61,397 bases of DNA, filler included, from 6 parts of 6 records of this genome joined end to end with filler, not necessarily neighbours in it, one strand, 5' to 3'. Shown: positions 19,094 to 29,402, counted from the whole stretch's first letter. Translations and numbers: made by a program. Notes: generated by a model not told the origin, from the sequence alone.

Positions 19094-21247
19094 ATGGATA
19101 TCGAGAAATTTATTGAACGTTGGAAAGAATCAGGCGGAAGCGAGATGGCAACAGCGCAGACTTTTGCAATCGAATTGACAGAGATATTGGGCGTTGAACG
19201 CCCGTATGTGTCTGACAAAGATGGCGACTTTCTGGACTACCGCTTTGAGCGACCAGTGACCCTCACCCACACTGGCCGCAAACGAAATGGCAGGATTGAT
19301 CTCTACAAAAAGGGTCACTTTATTTTAGAGGCCAAGCAATTCGTTTCATCCGACAACAAAGACAAAAACACCCTTGAGATGTTTCTCGAAAAGGATGCAC
19401 CGAAACAATCTGGACACGGAAAGCGCGGCTCAGCCAAGTTTGACGACACTATGCTCAAGGCGCGAAACCAAGCTGACAACTATGCTCGTGCTGTGTCCAA
19501 AGAAGATGGCTGGCCGCCCTTTTTGATGATTGTTGATGTGGGCCATGTGATCGAGCTGTATTCAGATTTCTCGGGGCAAGGACAGGGCTACACCCAGTTC
19601 CCGGACGGCAATCACTATCGCATATATTTAGAAGATCTGCGCCAAACCGCTACGCTGGATCTGTTGCGTGCGATCTGGACCGACCCCCAAAGCCTAGACC
19701 CCTCATTGCAATCCGCCGTAGTGACACGCGATATCGCCGAACATCTTGCTGAGTTGGGAAAAAGCTTCGAAGGTCAGGGTCATGAAAGCGAGACCGTGGC
19801 GCGGTTCCTGATGCGCTGCTTGTTTTCTATGTTTGCCGAAGATGTCGACCTAATTCCCAATGGTAGCTTTACTGCCAAGCTCAAGGAACTGCGCGGACAC
19901 CCTGAACATGCCCAACCGACACTCAAAAGCCTGTGGGAGACGATGAACACGGGCGGTTTTTCCCCTGTGCTCACCAAGGATCTAAAGCGGTTCAATGGTG
20001 GGCTATTCAAGGACGCTGATGCGCTGCCGCTAGACAACCTGCAACTTGGTCTGCTGATCGAAGCGGCCGAGGCGGATTGGAAACAGGTCGAACCGGCAAT
20101 CTTCGGCACCTTGCTGGAACGGGCCCTAGATGCCAAGCAGCGCCACAAACTGGGCGCACATTACACCCCGCGTGCCTATGTCGAGCGTCTTGTGACACCG
20201 ACGATCATGGAACCGTTGCGCGACGATTGGCGCAACGTGCAGATCGCGGTGCAACGTCTGAACGCCGATGGCAAAACCGATCAGGCGCTGAAACTGGTCA
20301 AGGATTTCCACCACGATCTGTGCGAGGTGCGCGTGTTGGACCCGGCCTGTGGCTCGGGCAACTTTCTATACGTCGCATTGGAAATGATGAAACGGCTGGA
20401 AGGCGAAGTCACCAGCCTGATGGAGGAATTGGGCGAGACCCAGACCAGTTTCATCACCGTCGACCCCCATCAGTTCCTTGGGATCGAGCTGAACACCTGG
20501 GCCGCCAATGTGGCCGAGCTGGTGCTGTGGATCGGCTATCTGCAATGGCACTACCGCACCCATGGCATCGCCGCCCCGTCCGAGCCCGTGTTGCGGGATT
20601 TCAAGAACATTGAAAACCGCGATGCGGTGCTGGAATGGTCCAACCGCACGCCACGAATGGATGACAACGGCGCCCCCGTGACCCGTTGGGACGGGGTGAC
20701 CACCATGCGCCATCAAGTTACGGGCGAAGAGGTGCCAGACCCCGACGCCCGCGTGCAGGTCTATGACTATGCCAAACCCCGCGCGACCACCTGGCCCAAG
20801 GCGACTTTCATCGTCGGCAACCCGCCGTTTATTGGCGCCAGCCGCCTGCGTGACGCTTTGGGCGATGGTTATGTCGAGGCGCTGTGGTCCGCCTATCCCA
20901 AGATGCCGCAAAGCGCCGATCTGGTGATGTTCTGGTGGGAGAAGGCCGCGCTGATGGCGCGGGCCTTCAACACCAAAACCCGTGTCGGGACCCGCCGCTT
21001 TGGCCTGATCACCACCAACTCACTGCGCCAGACCTTCAACCGTCGCGTGCTGGAGCCGCATCTGAACGACCCGAAAAAGCCGCTGTCATTGCTGTTCGCA
21101 GTACCGGATCACCCTTGGGTTGATACGCTTTATGGCGCTGCGGTGCGGATCGCCATGACTGTGGGTGCCGCTGGGAACCGAGCCGGGCGTTTGCTGACAG
21201 TGACAAGCGAGAGCAAAGACAAAGACAAAGACAAAGACAAAGACAAA
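19094..21247 (+). CDS. Type IIL/IIG restriction-modification fusion (MmeI-like), 3'-truncated at contig end
   Basis: N-terminal D…EAK nuclease motif (RIDLYK…LEAK), FNGGLF, LGAHYTP, motif I LDPACGSGNF and motif IV GNPPF. Confidence 0.88.
21215..21247 (+). repeat. Hexanucleotide tandem repeat (AAAGAC)5.5, in frame (KDKDKD), running into the contig end
   Basis: Read directly from the sequence. Confidence 0.9.
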
Positions 21248-21347
21248 NNNNNNNNNNNNNNNNNNNNNNNNNNNNNNNNNNNNNNNNNNNNTTAATTAAT
21301 TAANNNNNNNNNNNNNNNNNNNNNNNNNNNNNNNNNNNNNNNNNNNN
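21248..21347. other. Artificial contig spacer
   Basis: N-run + TTAATTAATTAA (stops in all six frames) + N-run. Confidence 0.98.
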
Positions 21348-21399
21348 TCCTTCCGGACCTGACCGGGTTGGCGAGGCACTTGCCCGCGCCAACCTCTCG
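21348..21399 (-). ncRNA. ffs: Signal recognition particle 4.5S RNA, 5' half (cut by contig end)
   Basis: Minus strand reads …CGCCAACCCGGUCAGGUCCGGAAGGA, which contains the conserved SRP domain IV motif GGUCAGGUCCGGAAGGA. Confidence 0.9.
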
Positions 21400-21405
21400 A
21401 CCCGC

Positions 21406-21434
21406 TATATAAGGGCGGCTGCCGCCCTTGGCAA
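21406..21434 (-). promoter_or_regulatory. Sigma70-like promoter of ffs
   Basis: TTGCCA-N17-TATATA on the minus strand, ending ~7 nt before the predicted RNA 5' end. Confidence 0.6.
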
Positions 21435-21544
21435 GCACCCCAAAGGCCGTGGCAGGGCCGTGGTGCCGATCAGCCGCCACTGGCGGCTTTTCTTTCCCCA
21501 TTTTGGCTGGCACTGTGGCCCGAACACACAGCAGGGGGCATGGT

Positions 21545-22525
21545 ATGAAACTGGCCGAAACCGTTACATTTGGGGGCTCGGGGCTGGACCGGGCGGGCGA
21601 ATTGCGCGGCGATCCAGCCGCCCTGGCCGCGGCCCTGCAGGCGCCAGACAGCTACAGCATCGTTATGTGGCGCGGCAAACCGCTGGTGGGGCCAGTGCCC
21701 GGCGCGCCCGAGCAAACCGAACTGACGCGGCTACGCCTGAGCCATCTGATCTTCGAACATGCCGCCGAGCCGCCCATTTTGCTGGGGCGCGAGGGCCAGG
21801 CCCATGTTTGGGCGCATGACATTTCCCGCTGGGCCCCGCCCGATGTGGACAGCACGCAGTTCAACAGCTTTCTCGACCGCAGCGAACAGCACCACCCCAG
21901 CCTGCCCGAAAGCCACCGCTTTGTGGAATTGCGCGCGGTGATGACCCGGCTAGACAGCCGCGATGCCGAATTGGCCGCCACCGCCCGCGCCGTGCAGGGC
22001 TGGCATGGCAGCCACGGCTTTTGCGCCCGCTGCGGGGCGGCCACCACCGCCACCCATGGCGGCTGGCAGCGCGATTGTGGCGCCTGCGGGGGGCATCACT
22101 TTCCCCGCACCGATCCGGTGGTGATTATGCTGATCACCCATGGCAATAGCGTGCTGCTGGGCCGCTCGCCGGGCTGGCCGCAGGGTATGTTTTCTTGCCT
22201 TGCAGGGTTTATCGAACCCGGTGAAACAATCGAGGCGGCCGTGCGCCGCGAGGTCTGGGAAGAGGCTGGCGTAAAGGTGGGCCGCGTGGGCTATCTGGCC
22301 AGCCAGCCCTGGCCCTTTCCCGCCTCGCTGATGCTGGGGTGCCATGGCCAGGCCGAAAGCACCGACATCCATATTGACCCAAACGAGATCGAACAGGCGC
22401 TTTGGGTCAGCCGCGAAGACATGGCCGAGGTGTTCGCAGGCCGCCACCCCCTTATCGCCCCGCCCCGCCATGGGGCAATTGCCGGGTTTTTGCTACGCAA
22501 TTGGCTGGCAGATACGCTGGACTAA
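21545..22525 (+). CDS. nudC: NAD(+)/NADH diphosphatase
   Basis: Zn finger CARCG…CGAC, FPRTDP, Nudix box GFIEPGETIEAAVRREVWEE and SQPWPFP; start MKLAET at 21545. Confidence 0.95.
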   Translation: MKLAETVTFGGSGLDRAGELRGDPAALAAALQAPDSYSIVMWRGKPLVGPVPGAPEQTELTRLRLSHLIFEHAAEPPILLGREGQAHVWAHDISRWAPPDVDSTQFNSFLDRSEQHHPSLPESHRFVELRAVMTRLDSRDAELAATARAVQGWHGSHGFCARCGAATTATHGGWQRDCGACGGHHFPRTDPVVIMLITHGNSVLLGRSPGWPQGMFSCLAGFIEPGETIEAAVRREVWEEAGVKVGRVGYLASQPWPFPASLMLGCHGQAESTDIHIDPNEIEQALWVSREDMAEVFAGRHPLIAPPRHGAIAGFLLRNWLADTLD

Positions 22526-22575
22526 GCCGCCACGATCCCCATATTGGGGGCGTGTGACAAGTTAGGGTAACAAGT

Positions 22576-23040
22576 ATGAAGTTTTCCGCCCGCGAAGATA
22601 TCGATGGCAGTATCGAAGATGTGTTCCGCTTCCTGACCGATTTCGAGGCCTTCGAACGCCAGGCCATTCGGCGCAATGTCGATGTGCAGCGCACCGACAG
22701 CCTGCGCCAGCCTGGCGTGGGCATGGAATGGCACACACAATTCCGCCTGCGCGGGCGTGTGCGGCAGCTAGACATCACGCTTAGCGCCCTAGAGCCCCCC
22801 AACAGCATGGTGTTTCAAGGCCGCAGCAAGGGCCTGCACACGGTTTTCAGCGTTGATCTGATTGCCCTGTCACCCAGCCGCACCCGCATGACGGTAACGC
22901 TGGATCTATCGCCCAAAACCCTGCCCGCGCGGCTGATGGTGCAATCGCTGAAATTGACCCGCAAAACCATTACAACGCGGTTCAAAACCCGCTTGCACGA
23001 TTTTGCCCGCACCATGGAAAGCCAGCTGCGCAGCGCCTGA
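22576..23040 (+). CDS. SRPBCC/START-like protein
   Basis: IEDVFRFLTDF…GVGMEW pattern typical of SRPBCC proteins; 154 aa. Confidence 0.7.
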   Translation: MKFSAREDIDGSIEDVFRFLTDFEAFERQAIRRNVDVQRTDSLRQPGVGMEWHTQFRLRGRVRQLDITLSALEPPNSMVFQGRSKGLHTVFSVDLIALSPSRTRMTVTLDLSPKTLPARLMVQSLKLTRKTITTRFKTRLHDFARTMESQLRSA

Positions 23041-23051
23041 TTGGCCCCGCC

Positions 23052-24713
23052 TTAGGCAAAGCTGCCATGGCAAAACCACCCCGCCGACAGGGCACCGCCA
23101 TGGGCAAAAAACACCCATAGGCGCAGCCCGTCTTGGGTGGTGATATCCCAATAATCGCGGGTGCCACTGCGCCAGTGCGGATCGTCCAGCCACCATTCGG
23201 GGGCAATCCGCTCGGGGCCGCGGGCATGGGCCACAACATGGCTGCGCCGGCGCCAGCGAAACCTGTCTGGCAGCTGCGGCAGCGCCGGGGCTGTCAGCGG
23301 CTCGGGGCGGGGGCACAGCAGCAGCGGGCGGGGCCGGGGCGGCAGGGGCCATGCGCCCGCCTCGGTGCAAAAGGCCGCCACCCGGGGCTGGGCCTCTTTT
23401 TCGGGGATATGGGTATCGACCGGGTGCAGCCGCGTCACCGCCTGTGGGCCCAAACGGGCGCCCAAACGACCAATCAGATCTTCCAGCGCCGCCTGCCCGG
23501 CGGCGCGGCCCTGTGCCACCTGCCCCGCCACGGCATGGCCCGCATGCTGGCGTTGCGGCAGCACCTCGGCCTGCACCACCGCAAGGCGCAGCACGTCGAT
23601 GCCATAGCCCGGCTCTAGCCCCGGCAGGCGCAGCGCCAGCAAGGGCCAAATGCGCGCCGGATCGGCCATGGCCTGGGCCAGCACCAAGGGCAGCGCCACC
23701 GCCGTGCCATCGGCGCGAAAGGCCTGCAGGCGCAGCACCCGCGCGCCTTGCCCGCGCTGCTGCAACAAGGTGCACAGGCGCTGCACCAGCCGCTGCGCCC
23801 CTTCGGCGATATCCTCGGGCAGGCCGATCGGGTCGGGGAAGGTAAGGCGCGTGGCCAAAACCGGCTGGGGCTGGGCCGGGCTGATCGGCTCGGGCACAGC
23901 GCCCAGCGCCTGATCCAGGCGCAACAGCAGCTCGGGGCCAAAGCGCCGCGCCAGCCCGGCCCTTGGCCGATCAACCAGATCGCCCACCTGCCGCAGGCCC
24001 AAACGCGCCAAACCTTCGGTAATGGCCGGATCAAGACGCAGCGCCGCAATGGGCAAGCCTGCCAAGGCCTGAAAACTGCCGCCGGGCGGGGCAATGGCGC
24101 CCCCACCTGCCGGGGGTGCCGCAGGGCCATTGGTGCTGCGCGCCCAGCCACGGCGCGCGGGCGCTGCACGGGCCCGGGTGGCGCGGGCCTCTTGCAGCAC
24201 CACCTGCCCCGATGGCCCCACCGGCCCGCCCCCCTGCCCCCCAAAGCGTGCCAAAGCCCATGCCGCGCCCGGCGTATCGGCAAGACCATATTGCAGGCTT
24301 AGCCCATGGCGGGCGCAATCGGCCTGTATCTGGCTGGCCATCGCCTGCTCGCCACCGAACAGATGGGCACAGCCGGTGATATCTAGCATCAGCGCATCGG
24401 GGGGCTGCGCCGCCACCCAGGGCGAAAAGCGGGTCGCCCAGCGCTGCAACAGCGCCAAAACCGCCTGCATTTCCCCCGGGGCCTGGGTGCGCGTCACCAG
24501 ATCGGGGCATATCGCCTGCGCGTCGCGCAAGGGCTGGCCCGGCTGCACCCCAAGCTGCGAAGCCGCCACCGAGGCCGAGGCCACAACCTGCATCTGCCCG
24601 CTATCGGCCACCATAACCAACGCCAGCCCCTGGCCGCTGGCCCCCATTTTGCGCAGCACAGATTCGGCGCCAAGGCGCGGAAACCACAGGGAAAGGGCGC
24701 GTTTTGCAGGCAT
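23052..24713 (-). CDS. imuB: Y-family DNA polymerase-like protein ImuB
   Basis: SLWFPRL, RFSPWV…LDITGCAHLFGGE, LPIAALRL and C-terminal GPERIAPEWW…RDYW; start MPAKRA at 24713. Confidence 0.88.
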   Translation of the reverse strand: MPAKRALSLWFPRLGAESVLRKMGASGQGLALVMVADSGQMQVVASASVAASQLGVQPGQPLRDAQAICPDLVTRTQAPGEMQAVLALLQRWATRFSPWVAAQPPDALMLDITGCAHLFGGEQAMASQIQADCARHGLSLQYGLADTPGAAWALARFGGQGGGPVGPSGQVVLQEARATRARAAPARRGWARSTNGPAAPPAGGGAIAPPGGSFQALAGLPIAALRLDPAITEGLARLGLRQVGDLVDRPRAGLARRFGPELLLRLDQALGAVPEPISPAQPQPVLATRLTFPDPIGLPEDIAEGAQRLVQRLCTLLQQRGQGARVLRLQAFRADGTAVALPLVLAQAMADPARIWPLLALRLPGLEPGYGIDVLRLAVVQAEVLPQRQHAGHAVAGQVAQGRAAGQAALEDLIGRLGARLGPQAVTRLHPVDTHIPEKEAQPRVAAFCTEAGAWPLPPRPRPLLLCPRPEPLTAPALPQLPDRFRWRRRSHVVAHARGPERIAPEWWLDDPHWRSGTRDYWDITTQDGLRLWVFFAHGGALSAGWFCHGSFA

Positions 24714-24735
24714 AATAAAAAGAGCGGCAGCTTTT

Positions 24736-24750
24736 GTTTCTGTTTTGTTC
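24736..24750 (-). promoter_or_regulatory. Putative alphaproteobacterial LexA (SOS) box
   Basis: GAAC-AAAACAG-AAAC is one mismatch from GAAC-N7-GAAC; it lies ~22 nt upstream of imuB, next to a TACTAT -10-like hexamer. Confidence 0.6.
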
Positions 24751-24820
24751 TTATAGTATGACCTGGGGCCGAGTCGAGTCTGCCCCGTCGCGCGCAGATC
24801 GCAGCGGCTGCTTTGCAAAT

Positions 24821-24877
24821 CGCCCAATTTTACGCCACTGGCGCCCATTTTCTTTGCAGATGCCCCATAATGCGGCA
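24821..24877 (+). promoter_or_regulatory. Putative tandem NtrC-binding sites upstream of ureD
   Basis: CGC-N11-CCA (24821), CGC-N11-GCA (24842) and TGC-N11-GCA (24861), all with AT-rich cores and ~20-bp spacing. Confidence 0.5.
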
Positions 24878-24938
24878 CAAAACCCGCCTAAAACATGGCC
24901 CAGCCTGCTGGGGCGTGCTCTGGCTGTGGGGAAGATCG

Positions 24939-24971
24939 CCAACCCCAGCCCAACCCCAGCCCAACCCCAGC
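24939..24971 (+). repeat. Perfect 11-bp tandem repeat (CCAACCCCAGC)3
   Basis: Copies start at 24939, 24950 and 24961. Confidence 0.95.
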
Positions 24972-24984
24972 ATCCCGGCCCGCA

Positions 24985-25815
24985 ATGACCTATGAGCCAC
25001 GCCAGATAAGCGCCCCTGCCGCCCAGCCGCCCCGCGCGGTGGGCCATGCTGTGCTGAGCGTGAAGAAAACCGAGGCTGGCAGTGGCATCGACCGGCTGCG
25101 CAGCTCGGGGGCGCTAAAGCTGCTGTTTCCCCGCCGCCAAAATGCGGTTGAGGCGCTGTTGATCAATACCGCAGGCGGGGTGACAGGGGGCGACCAGCTG
25201 CATTTGCAGGCCACGGTGGGGGCGGGCGCGCATCTGTGCCTTACCACCCAAGCCGCCGAGCGCGCCTATCGCGCCCAGGCCGATATCGGGCGTGTCAGCA
25301 GCCATCTGCAGGTGGGCCCGGGCGCCTGCCTGCATTGGCTGCCGCAAGAGCTGATCGTTTTCGAAGGCGCGGCCTTTCATCGCCAATTGCATATCGACAT
25401 GGCCGATGATGCCCGGCTGCTGCTGGTCGAACCCATCATTTTTGGCCGCGCGGCCATGGGCGAAACCCTGCAAGCGGCGCAGCTTTTCGACCAAATCCGC
25501 ATAAACCGCGCGGGCCAGCCCCTGTATCACGATGCCATCCGCCTGCCGGGCGCCATTCAGCAGCAGCTGAACCACCCCGCTGTGGCCGCGGGCGGCACGG
25601 CCCTGGCCTGCGTGGTGTATGTGGCCCCCGATGCCGCCGCGCGGGTGGCGCAGATCCGCGCCGGGCTGCCTGCCACCGGGGGCGCCAGCCTGCTTGGCCC
25701 CGATATGCTGGTGGTGCGCCTTGTGGCGCCCGATGGCTTTGGCCTGCGCCAGTATTTATTGCCCCTGCTAGACCAGCTGAGCGGCAACACATTGCCCGTT
25801 TCCTGGAGATTGTAA
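24985..25815 (+). CDS. ureD: Urease accessory protein UreD
   Basis: INTAGGVTGGD, TTQAAERAY, WLPQE.I.F and FGR.AMGE; start uncertain (24985 or 24895). Confidence 0.92.
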   Translation: MTYEPRQISAPAAQPPRAVGHAVLSVKKTEAGSGIDRLRSSGALKLLFPRRQNAVEALLINTAGGVTGGDQLHLQATVGAGAHLCLTTQAAERAYRAQADIGRVSSHLQVGPGACLHWLPQELIVFEGAAFHRQLHIDMADDARLLLVEPIIFGRAAMGETLQAAQLFDQIRINRAGQPLYHDAIRLPGAIQQQLNHPAVAAGGTALACVVYVAPDAAARVAQIRAGLPATGGASLLGPDMLVVRLVAPDGFGLRQYLLPLLDQLSGNTLPVSWRL

Positions 25816-25818
25816 CCG

Positions 25819-26121
25819 ATGAACCTGACCCCCCGCGAAAAAGACAAGCTGTTGGTGGCCATGGCCGCCGAAGTGGCGCGCAAACGGCTGGCCCGTGGCG
25901 TCTTGCTGAACCACCCCGAGGCGGTGGCGCTGATCACCGATGCGGTGGTCGAGGGCGCGCGCGACGGGCGCAGCGTGGCCGATCTGATGGAGGCAGGCGC
26001 CCAGGTGATCACCCGCGCGCAATGCATGCCTGGCATCGCAGAGATGATCCACGATGTGCAGGTCGAGGCCACATTCCCCGATGGCACCAAACTGGTAACC
26101 GTTCACAACCCCATTCGCTGA
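25819..26121 (+). CDS. ureA: Urease gamma subunit
   Basis: [11 protein letters not shown]…[19 protein letters not shown]. Confidence 0.98.
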   Translation: MNLTPREKDKLLVAMAAEVARKRLARGVLLNHPEAVALITDAVVEGARDGRSVADLMEAGAQVITRAQCMPGIAEMIHDVQVEATFPDGTKLVTVHNPIR

Positions 26122-26142
26122 CCCAAACACAGGATTTGCCCC

Positions 26143-26331
26143 ATGAAACGCCCCGTCCACAGCGCTTTTTCCGCCGCCATTGCCACAGCTGCCCTGGCCG
26201 CCCTGGCCAGCCCTGCCATGGCCCATGGCGGGGCGCATTTGCACCCCCATGGCATTGACCATCTGGGCCTGTCTTTGGGGCTGTTGGCGGTGGCGCTGGC
26301 TGTGGGCATGGGCCTATGGGGGCGCAAATGA
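26143..26331 (+). CDS. Small exported or membrane protein with His-rich motif
   Basis: Signal peptide ending PAMA, then [13 protein letters not shown] and one TM helix; its stop overlaps the ureB ATG (ATGA). Confidence 0.65.
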   Translation: MKRPVHSAFSAAIATAALAALASPAMAHGGAHLHPHGIDHLGLSLGLLAVALAVGMGLWGRK

Positions 26332-26633
26332 TCCCCGGCGAGATCTTTCCGGCACCGGGCGAGATTGTGCTGAATGCAGATGCCACGCCCATCACGCTGA
26401 TGGTGGCCAACACGGGCGACCGCCCCATTCAGGTAGGCAGCCATTATCACTTTGCCGAGGCCAACCCAGCGCTGGAATTTGACCGCCCTGCGGCCCATGG
26501 ATTGCGCCTGGATATTGCCGCGGGCACCGCCGTGCGGTTCGAACCGGGGCAGCGCCGCGAAGTGCAGCTGATACCGCTGTCTGGCGCGCGCCGCGTCTTC
26601 GGCTTTAACGCCAAGGTTATGGGAGATCTGTAA
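26328..26633 (+). CDS. ureB: Urease beta subunit
   Basis: MIPGE…[15 protein letters not shown]…[10 protein letters not shown]. Confidence 0.98.
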   Translation: MIPGEIFPAPGEIVLNADATPITLMVANTGDRPIQVGSHYHFAEANPALEFDRPAAHGLRLDIAAGTAVRFEPGQRREVQLIPLSGARRVFGFNAKVMGDL

Positions 26634-26801
26634 ATGCCCGCCCGCATTCCACGCCACGATTATGCCGCCATGTTTGGCCCCACCACCGGCGACCGCCTGC
26701 GCCTGGCCGATACCGACCTGATATTAGAGGTCGAACGGGATCTGACCATTTATGGCGAAGAGGTTAAATTTGGCGGCGGCAAGGTGATCCGCGATGGCAT
26801 G
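26634..26801 (+). CDS. ureC: Urease alpha subunit, N-terminal fragment (contig end)
   Basis: [18 protein letters not shown]…[17 protein letters not shown]. Confidence 0.97.
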
Positions 26802-26901
26802 NNNNNNNNNNNNNNNNNNNNNNNNNNNNNNNNNNNNNNNNNNNNTTAATTAATTAANNNNNNNNNNNNNNNNNNNNNNNNNNNNNNNNNNNNNNNNNNN
26901 N
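26802..26901. other. Artificial contig spacer
   Basis: N-run + TTAATTAATTAA + N-run. Confidence 0.98.
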
Positions 26902-26902
26902 G

Positions 26903-27343
26903 ATCAAGGCCCACGCGGCGGCAAAGGCCACTGGTCTGCCCGCGCTTGCCGATGATTCCGGCATCGAGATCGACGCACTTGGCGGCGCGCCCGGTGTCTA
27001 TACCGCCGATTGGGCGGAAACGCCGAGCGGTCGCGATTTCATCATGGCGATGACGCGCACGCATGATGAACTGGAAAAGATCGGCGCCGCAGACCCCCGC
27101 ACCGCACGGTTTTGCTGCACCTTGGTTCTCGCCTGGCCCGATGGCCATGACGAGGTCTTTCCCGGCGTGATGGAAGGAGCGGTTGTCTGGCCGATGCGCG
27201 GCAATCAAGGCCATGGCTATGACCCGATTTTCCAACCGCGGGGTTATGACATCACCTTCGGCGAGATGGACCGTTGGGAAAAGAACCAGATAAGCCACCG
27301 CGCCGATGCGTTCCGCAAACTGGTGGCCGCTCTTGGCAAGTGA
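26903..27343 (+). CDS. rdgB: Non-canonical purine NTP pyrophosphatase (HAM1/RdgB), 5'-truncated
   Basis: Frame open from the contig start: ALADDSG…[23 protein letters not shown]. Confidence 0.93.
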   Translation: MKAHAAAKATGLPALADDSGIEIDALGGAPGVYTADWAETPSGRDFIMAMTRTHDELEKIGAADPRTARFCCTLVLAWPDGHDEVFPGVMEGAVVWPMRGNQGHGYDPIFQPRGYDITFGEMDRWEKNQISHRADAFRKLVAALGK

Positions 27344-28493
27344 AGACTGGCAGAACGGCGGGTTCGGGCTGTACCTTCATTGGCCGTTCTGTCTGGCAAA
27401 ATGCCCCTACTGCGACTTTAACAGCCACGTCGCCTCGCATGTGGATCAATCCCGCTGGAAGGCGGCCTATCTCTCCGAAGTCAGAAGATATGGTGATCTT
27501 ACCCCTGGACGCACACTAAATACGGTATTCTTCGGCGGAGGCACCCCATCCCTTATGGACGCCGATCTGGTTCATGCGGTTCTGGAAGAAATCCGCGCAA
27601 CTTGGCCTGTTTCCAACAGTTTCGAGGTCACACTGGAGGCAAACCCGACATCGGTTGAGGCCGGTCGCTTCTCCGGCTTTCGCAATGCAGGTGTTAATAG
27701 AATTTCCATGGGAATTCAGTCGCTTAACGACCATGACCTAAAGCGACTTGGCAGGATGCACACCGCCAGGGAAGGGCGCGATGCCTTTGATGTTGCCAGA
27801 AAGCTCTTTGATCGTGTCAGTTTCGACCTGATCTATGCCCGCCAGCATCAGACCCCAAAGGAATGGTCAGAGGAGCTGAAGCAGGCTCTAAATATGGCGA
27901 TTGACCATCTTTCGCTCTATCAGTTGACCATCGAGGACGGCACCGCCTTCGGCGACCGCTATGCCATCGGACGCCTGCCCGGCCTGCCGACCGACGACAG
28001 CGCCGCCGACATGTACGACCTCACTCAGGAAATTGCAGAGGCTGCCGGGATGCCCGCCTATGAGGTCTCGAACCATGCGCGCGACATGGCGGAAAGCCGG
28101 CACAATCAGATCTACTGGCGCTATGGCGACTACATCGGCATCGGCCCTGGCGCGCATGGGCGGTTGACCCTGAACGGCATCCGCTACGCGACGGAGACAC
28201 CTCTAACCCCCACGACCTGGCTGACCCAGGTTGAGGCGCAAGGTCACGGCGAATCCCAGCGGGAGGCGATCAGCCCCAAGGATCAGGCAACCGAGTACCT
28301 GATGATGAGTTTGAGGCTGTCCGAGGGGAGCTCTCTCGTGCGGTTCAAGGAGCTATCGGGCGTTGAGCTTCCACGAGATCGACGAGAGAGACTACAAGAT
28401 ATGGGGTTTTTGACCGAAAGCACCAACAAAATAAGGGCGACCAGCACTGGTCGCCCCATACTAAACAGTTTGCTCAGAGAGCTACTTTCCTAG
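27333..28493 (+). CDS. hemW: Radical SAM haem chaperone HemW
   Basis: [28 protein letters not shown] and HN..YW; follows rdgB; TTG start inferred. Confidence 0.93.
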   Translation: MASEDWQNGGFGLYLHWPFCLAKCPYCDFNSHVASHVDQSRWKAAYLSEVRRYGDLTPGRTLNTVFFGGGTPSLMDADLVHAVLEEIRATWPVSNSFEVTLEANPTSVEAGRFSGFRNAGVNRISMGIQSLNDHDLKRLGRMHTAREGRDAFDVARKLFDRVSFDLIYARQHQTPKEWSEELKQALNMAIDHLSLYQLTIEDGTAFGDRYAIGRLPGLPTDDSAADMYDLTQEIAEAAGMPAYEVSNHARDMAESRHNQIYWRYGDYIGIGPGAHGRLTLNGIRYATETPLTPTTWLTQVEAQGHGESQREAISPKDQATEYLMMSLRLSEGSSLVRFKELSGVELPRDRRERLQDMGFLTESTNKIRATSTGRPILNSLLRELLS

Positions 28494-29389
28494 TCATTTT
28501 TATTCAAAAGTTGGATGATATCGTCCAGCTGACCAAGATCCTCATATCTGATCGAGATCCTCCCGGTTCCGCTAGTCCCATCGTGATCAATGCTGACCGG
28601 TAGGCCAATCGCGGCTGACAGATCGGATTCAAGCGCCTTGGTATCGGCATCCTTGTCACCTGCGGGGCGCGGTCGAGACGCCCCACCACTCGGCCCGGTC
28701 GGCTTGCGCATCAGCTTTTCGACCTCTCGCACGGACAGGCCCTTGTTGATCACCTCACGCGCGATCCTGACCGCATCATCGCGACCGACCAGCGCCCGCG
28801 CGTGACCGGCACTTAGCTGGCCGTCGCGCAGATATCCCTGAACCTCTTCCGGCAAGGTCAGCAACCGCATCAGGTTGGCGATATGGGATCGGCTTTTGCC
28901 CATCGCCGTTGCCAACCGATCCTGCGTGTGGCTGAACCGGTCCATTAGCTGACGGTATCCCATCGCCTCTTCCACCGGGTTCAGGTCGGCGCGTTGAATA
29001 TTCTCAATAATCGCAACTTCGAGCACTTCTGTATCGTCGAAATCACGCACTATTACGGGCACTTCATGCAGTTGAGCCATCTGCGCCGCGCGCCAGCGGC
29101 GTTCACCGGCAACAATCTGATACGCTCCGTCTTGCGTCGGGTCGGGCCGAACGATCAGCGGCTGGATGATCCCCTTCTCGGCGATCGAATCAGACAACTC
29201 CTCCAACGCTTCCTGGGTAAAGGCGCGGCGCGGCTGGTCAGGATTTGGGCGCACCGATTCAATCGGGACGTTCATATCCGGGCGGCGCGGCGCATTCAGC
29301 GTAGCGCTTTCCACTTCGGTAGGCTCGTTGATATCCGCCATCAGCGCCGACAATCCGCGCCCCAGGCCCCTGCTCTTTCTCGTTGCCAT
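28490..29389 (-). CDS. parB: Chromosome partitioning protein ParB
   Basis: GLGRGLSAL, PNPDQPR, AGERRWRA and ENIQRADL. Confidence 0.97.
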   Translation of the reverse strand: MATRKSRGLGRGLSALMADINEPTEVESATLNAPRRPDMNVPIESVRPNPDQPRRAFTQEALEELSDSIAEKGIIQPLIVRPDPTQDGAYQIVAGERRWRAAQMAQLHEVPVIVRDFDDTEVLEVAIIENIQRADLNPVEEAMGYRQLMDRFSHTQDRLATAMGKSRSHIANLMRLLTLPEEVQGYLRDGQLSAGHARALVGRDDAVRIAREVINKGLSVREVEKLMRKPTGPSGGASRPRPAGDKDADTKALESDLSAAIGLPVSIDHDGTSGTGRISIRYEDLGQLDDIIQLLNKND

Positions 29390-29402
29390 TTTCTTGTTCC
29401 TC

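Noticed and set aside
22906-24756. Many long overlapping ORFs around imuB
   Set aside because: Pro/Arg/Ala-rich alternative frames expected at very high GC; no recognisable motifs.
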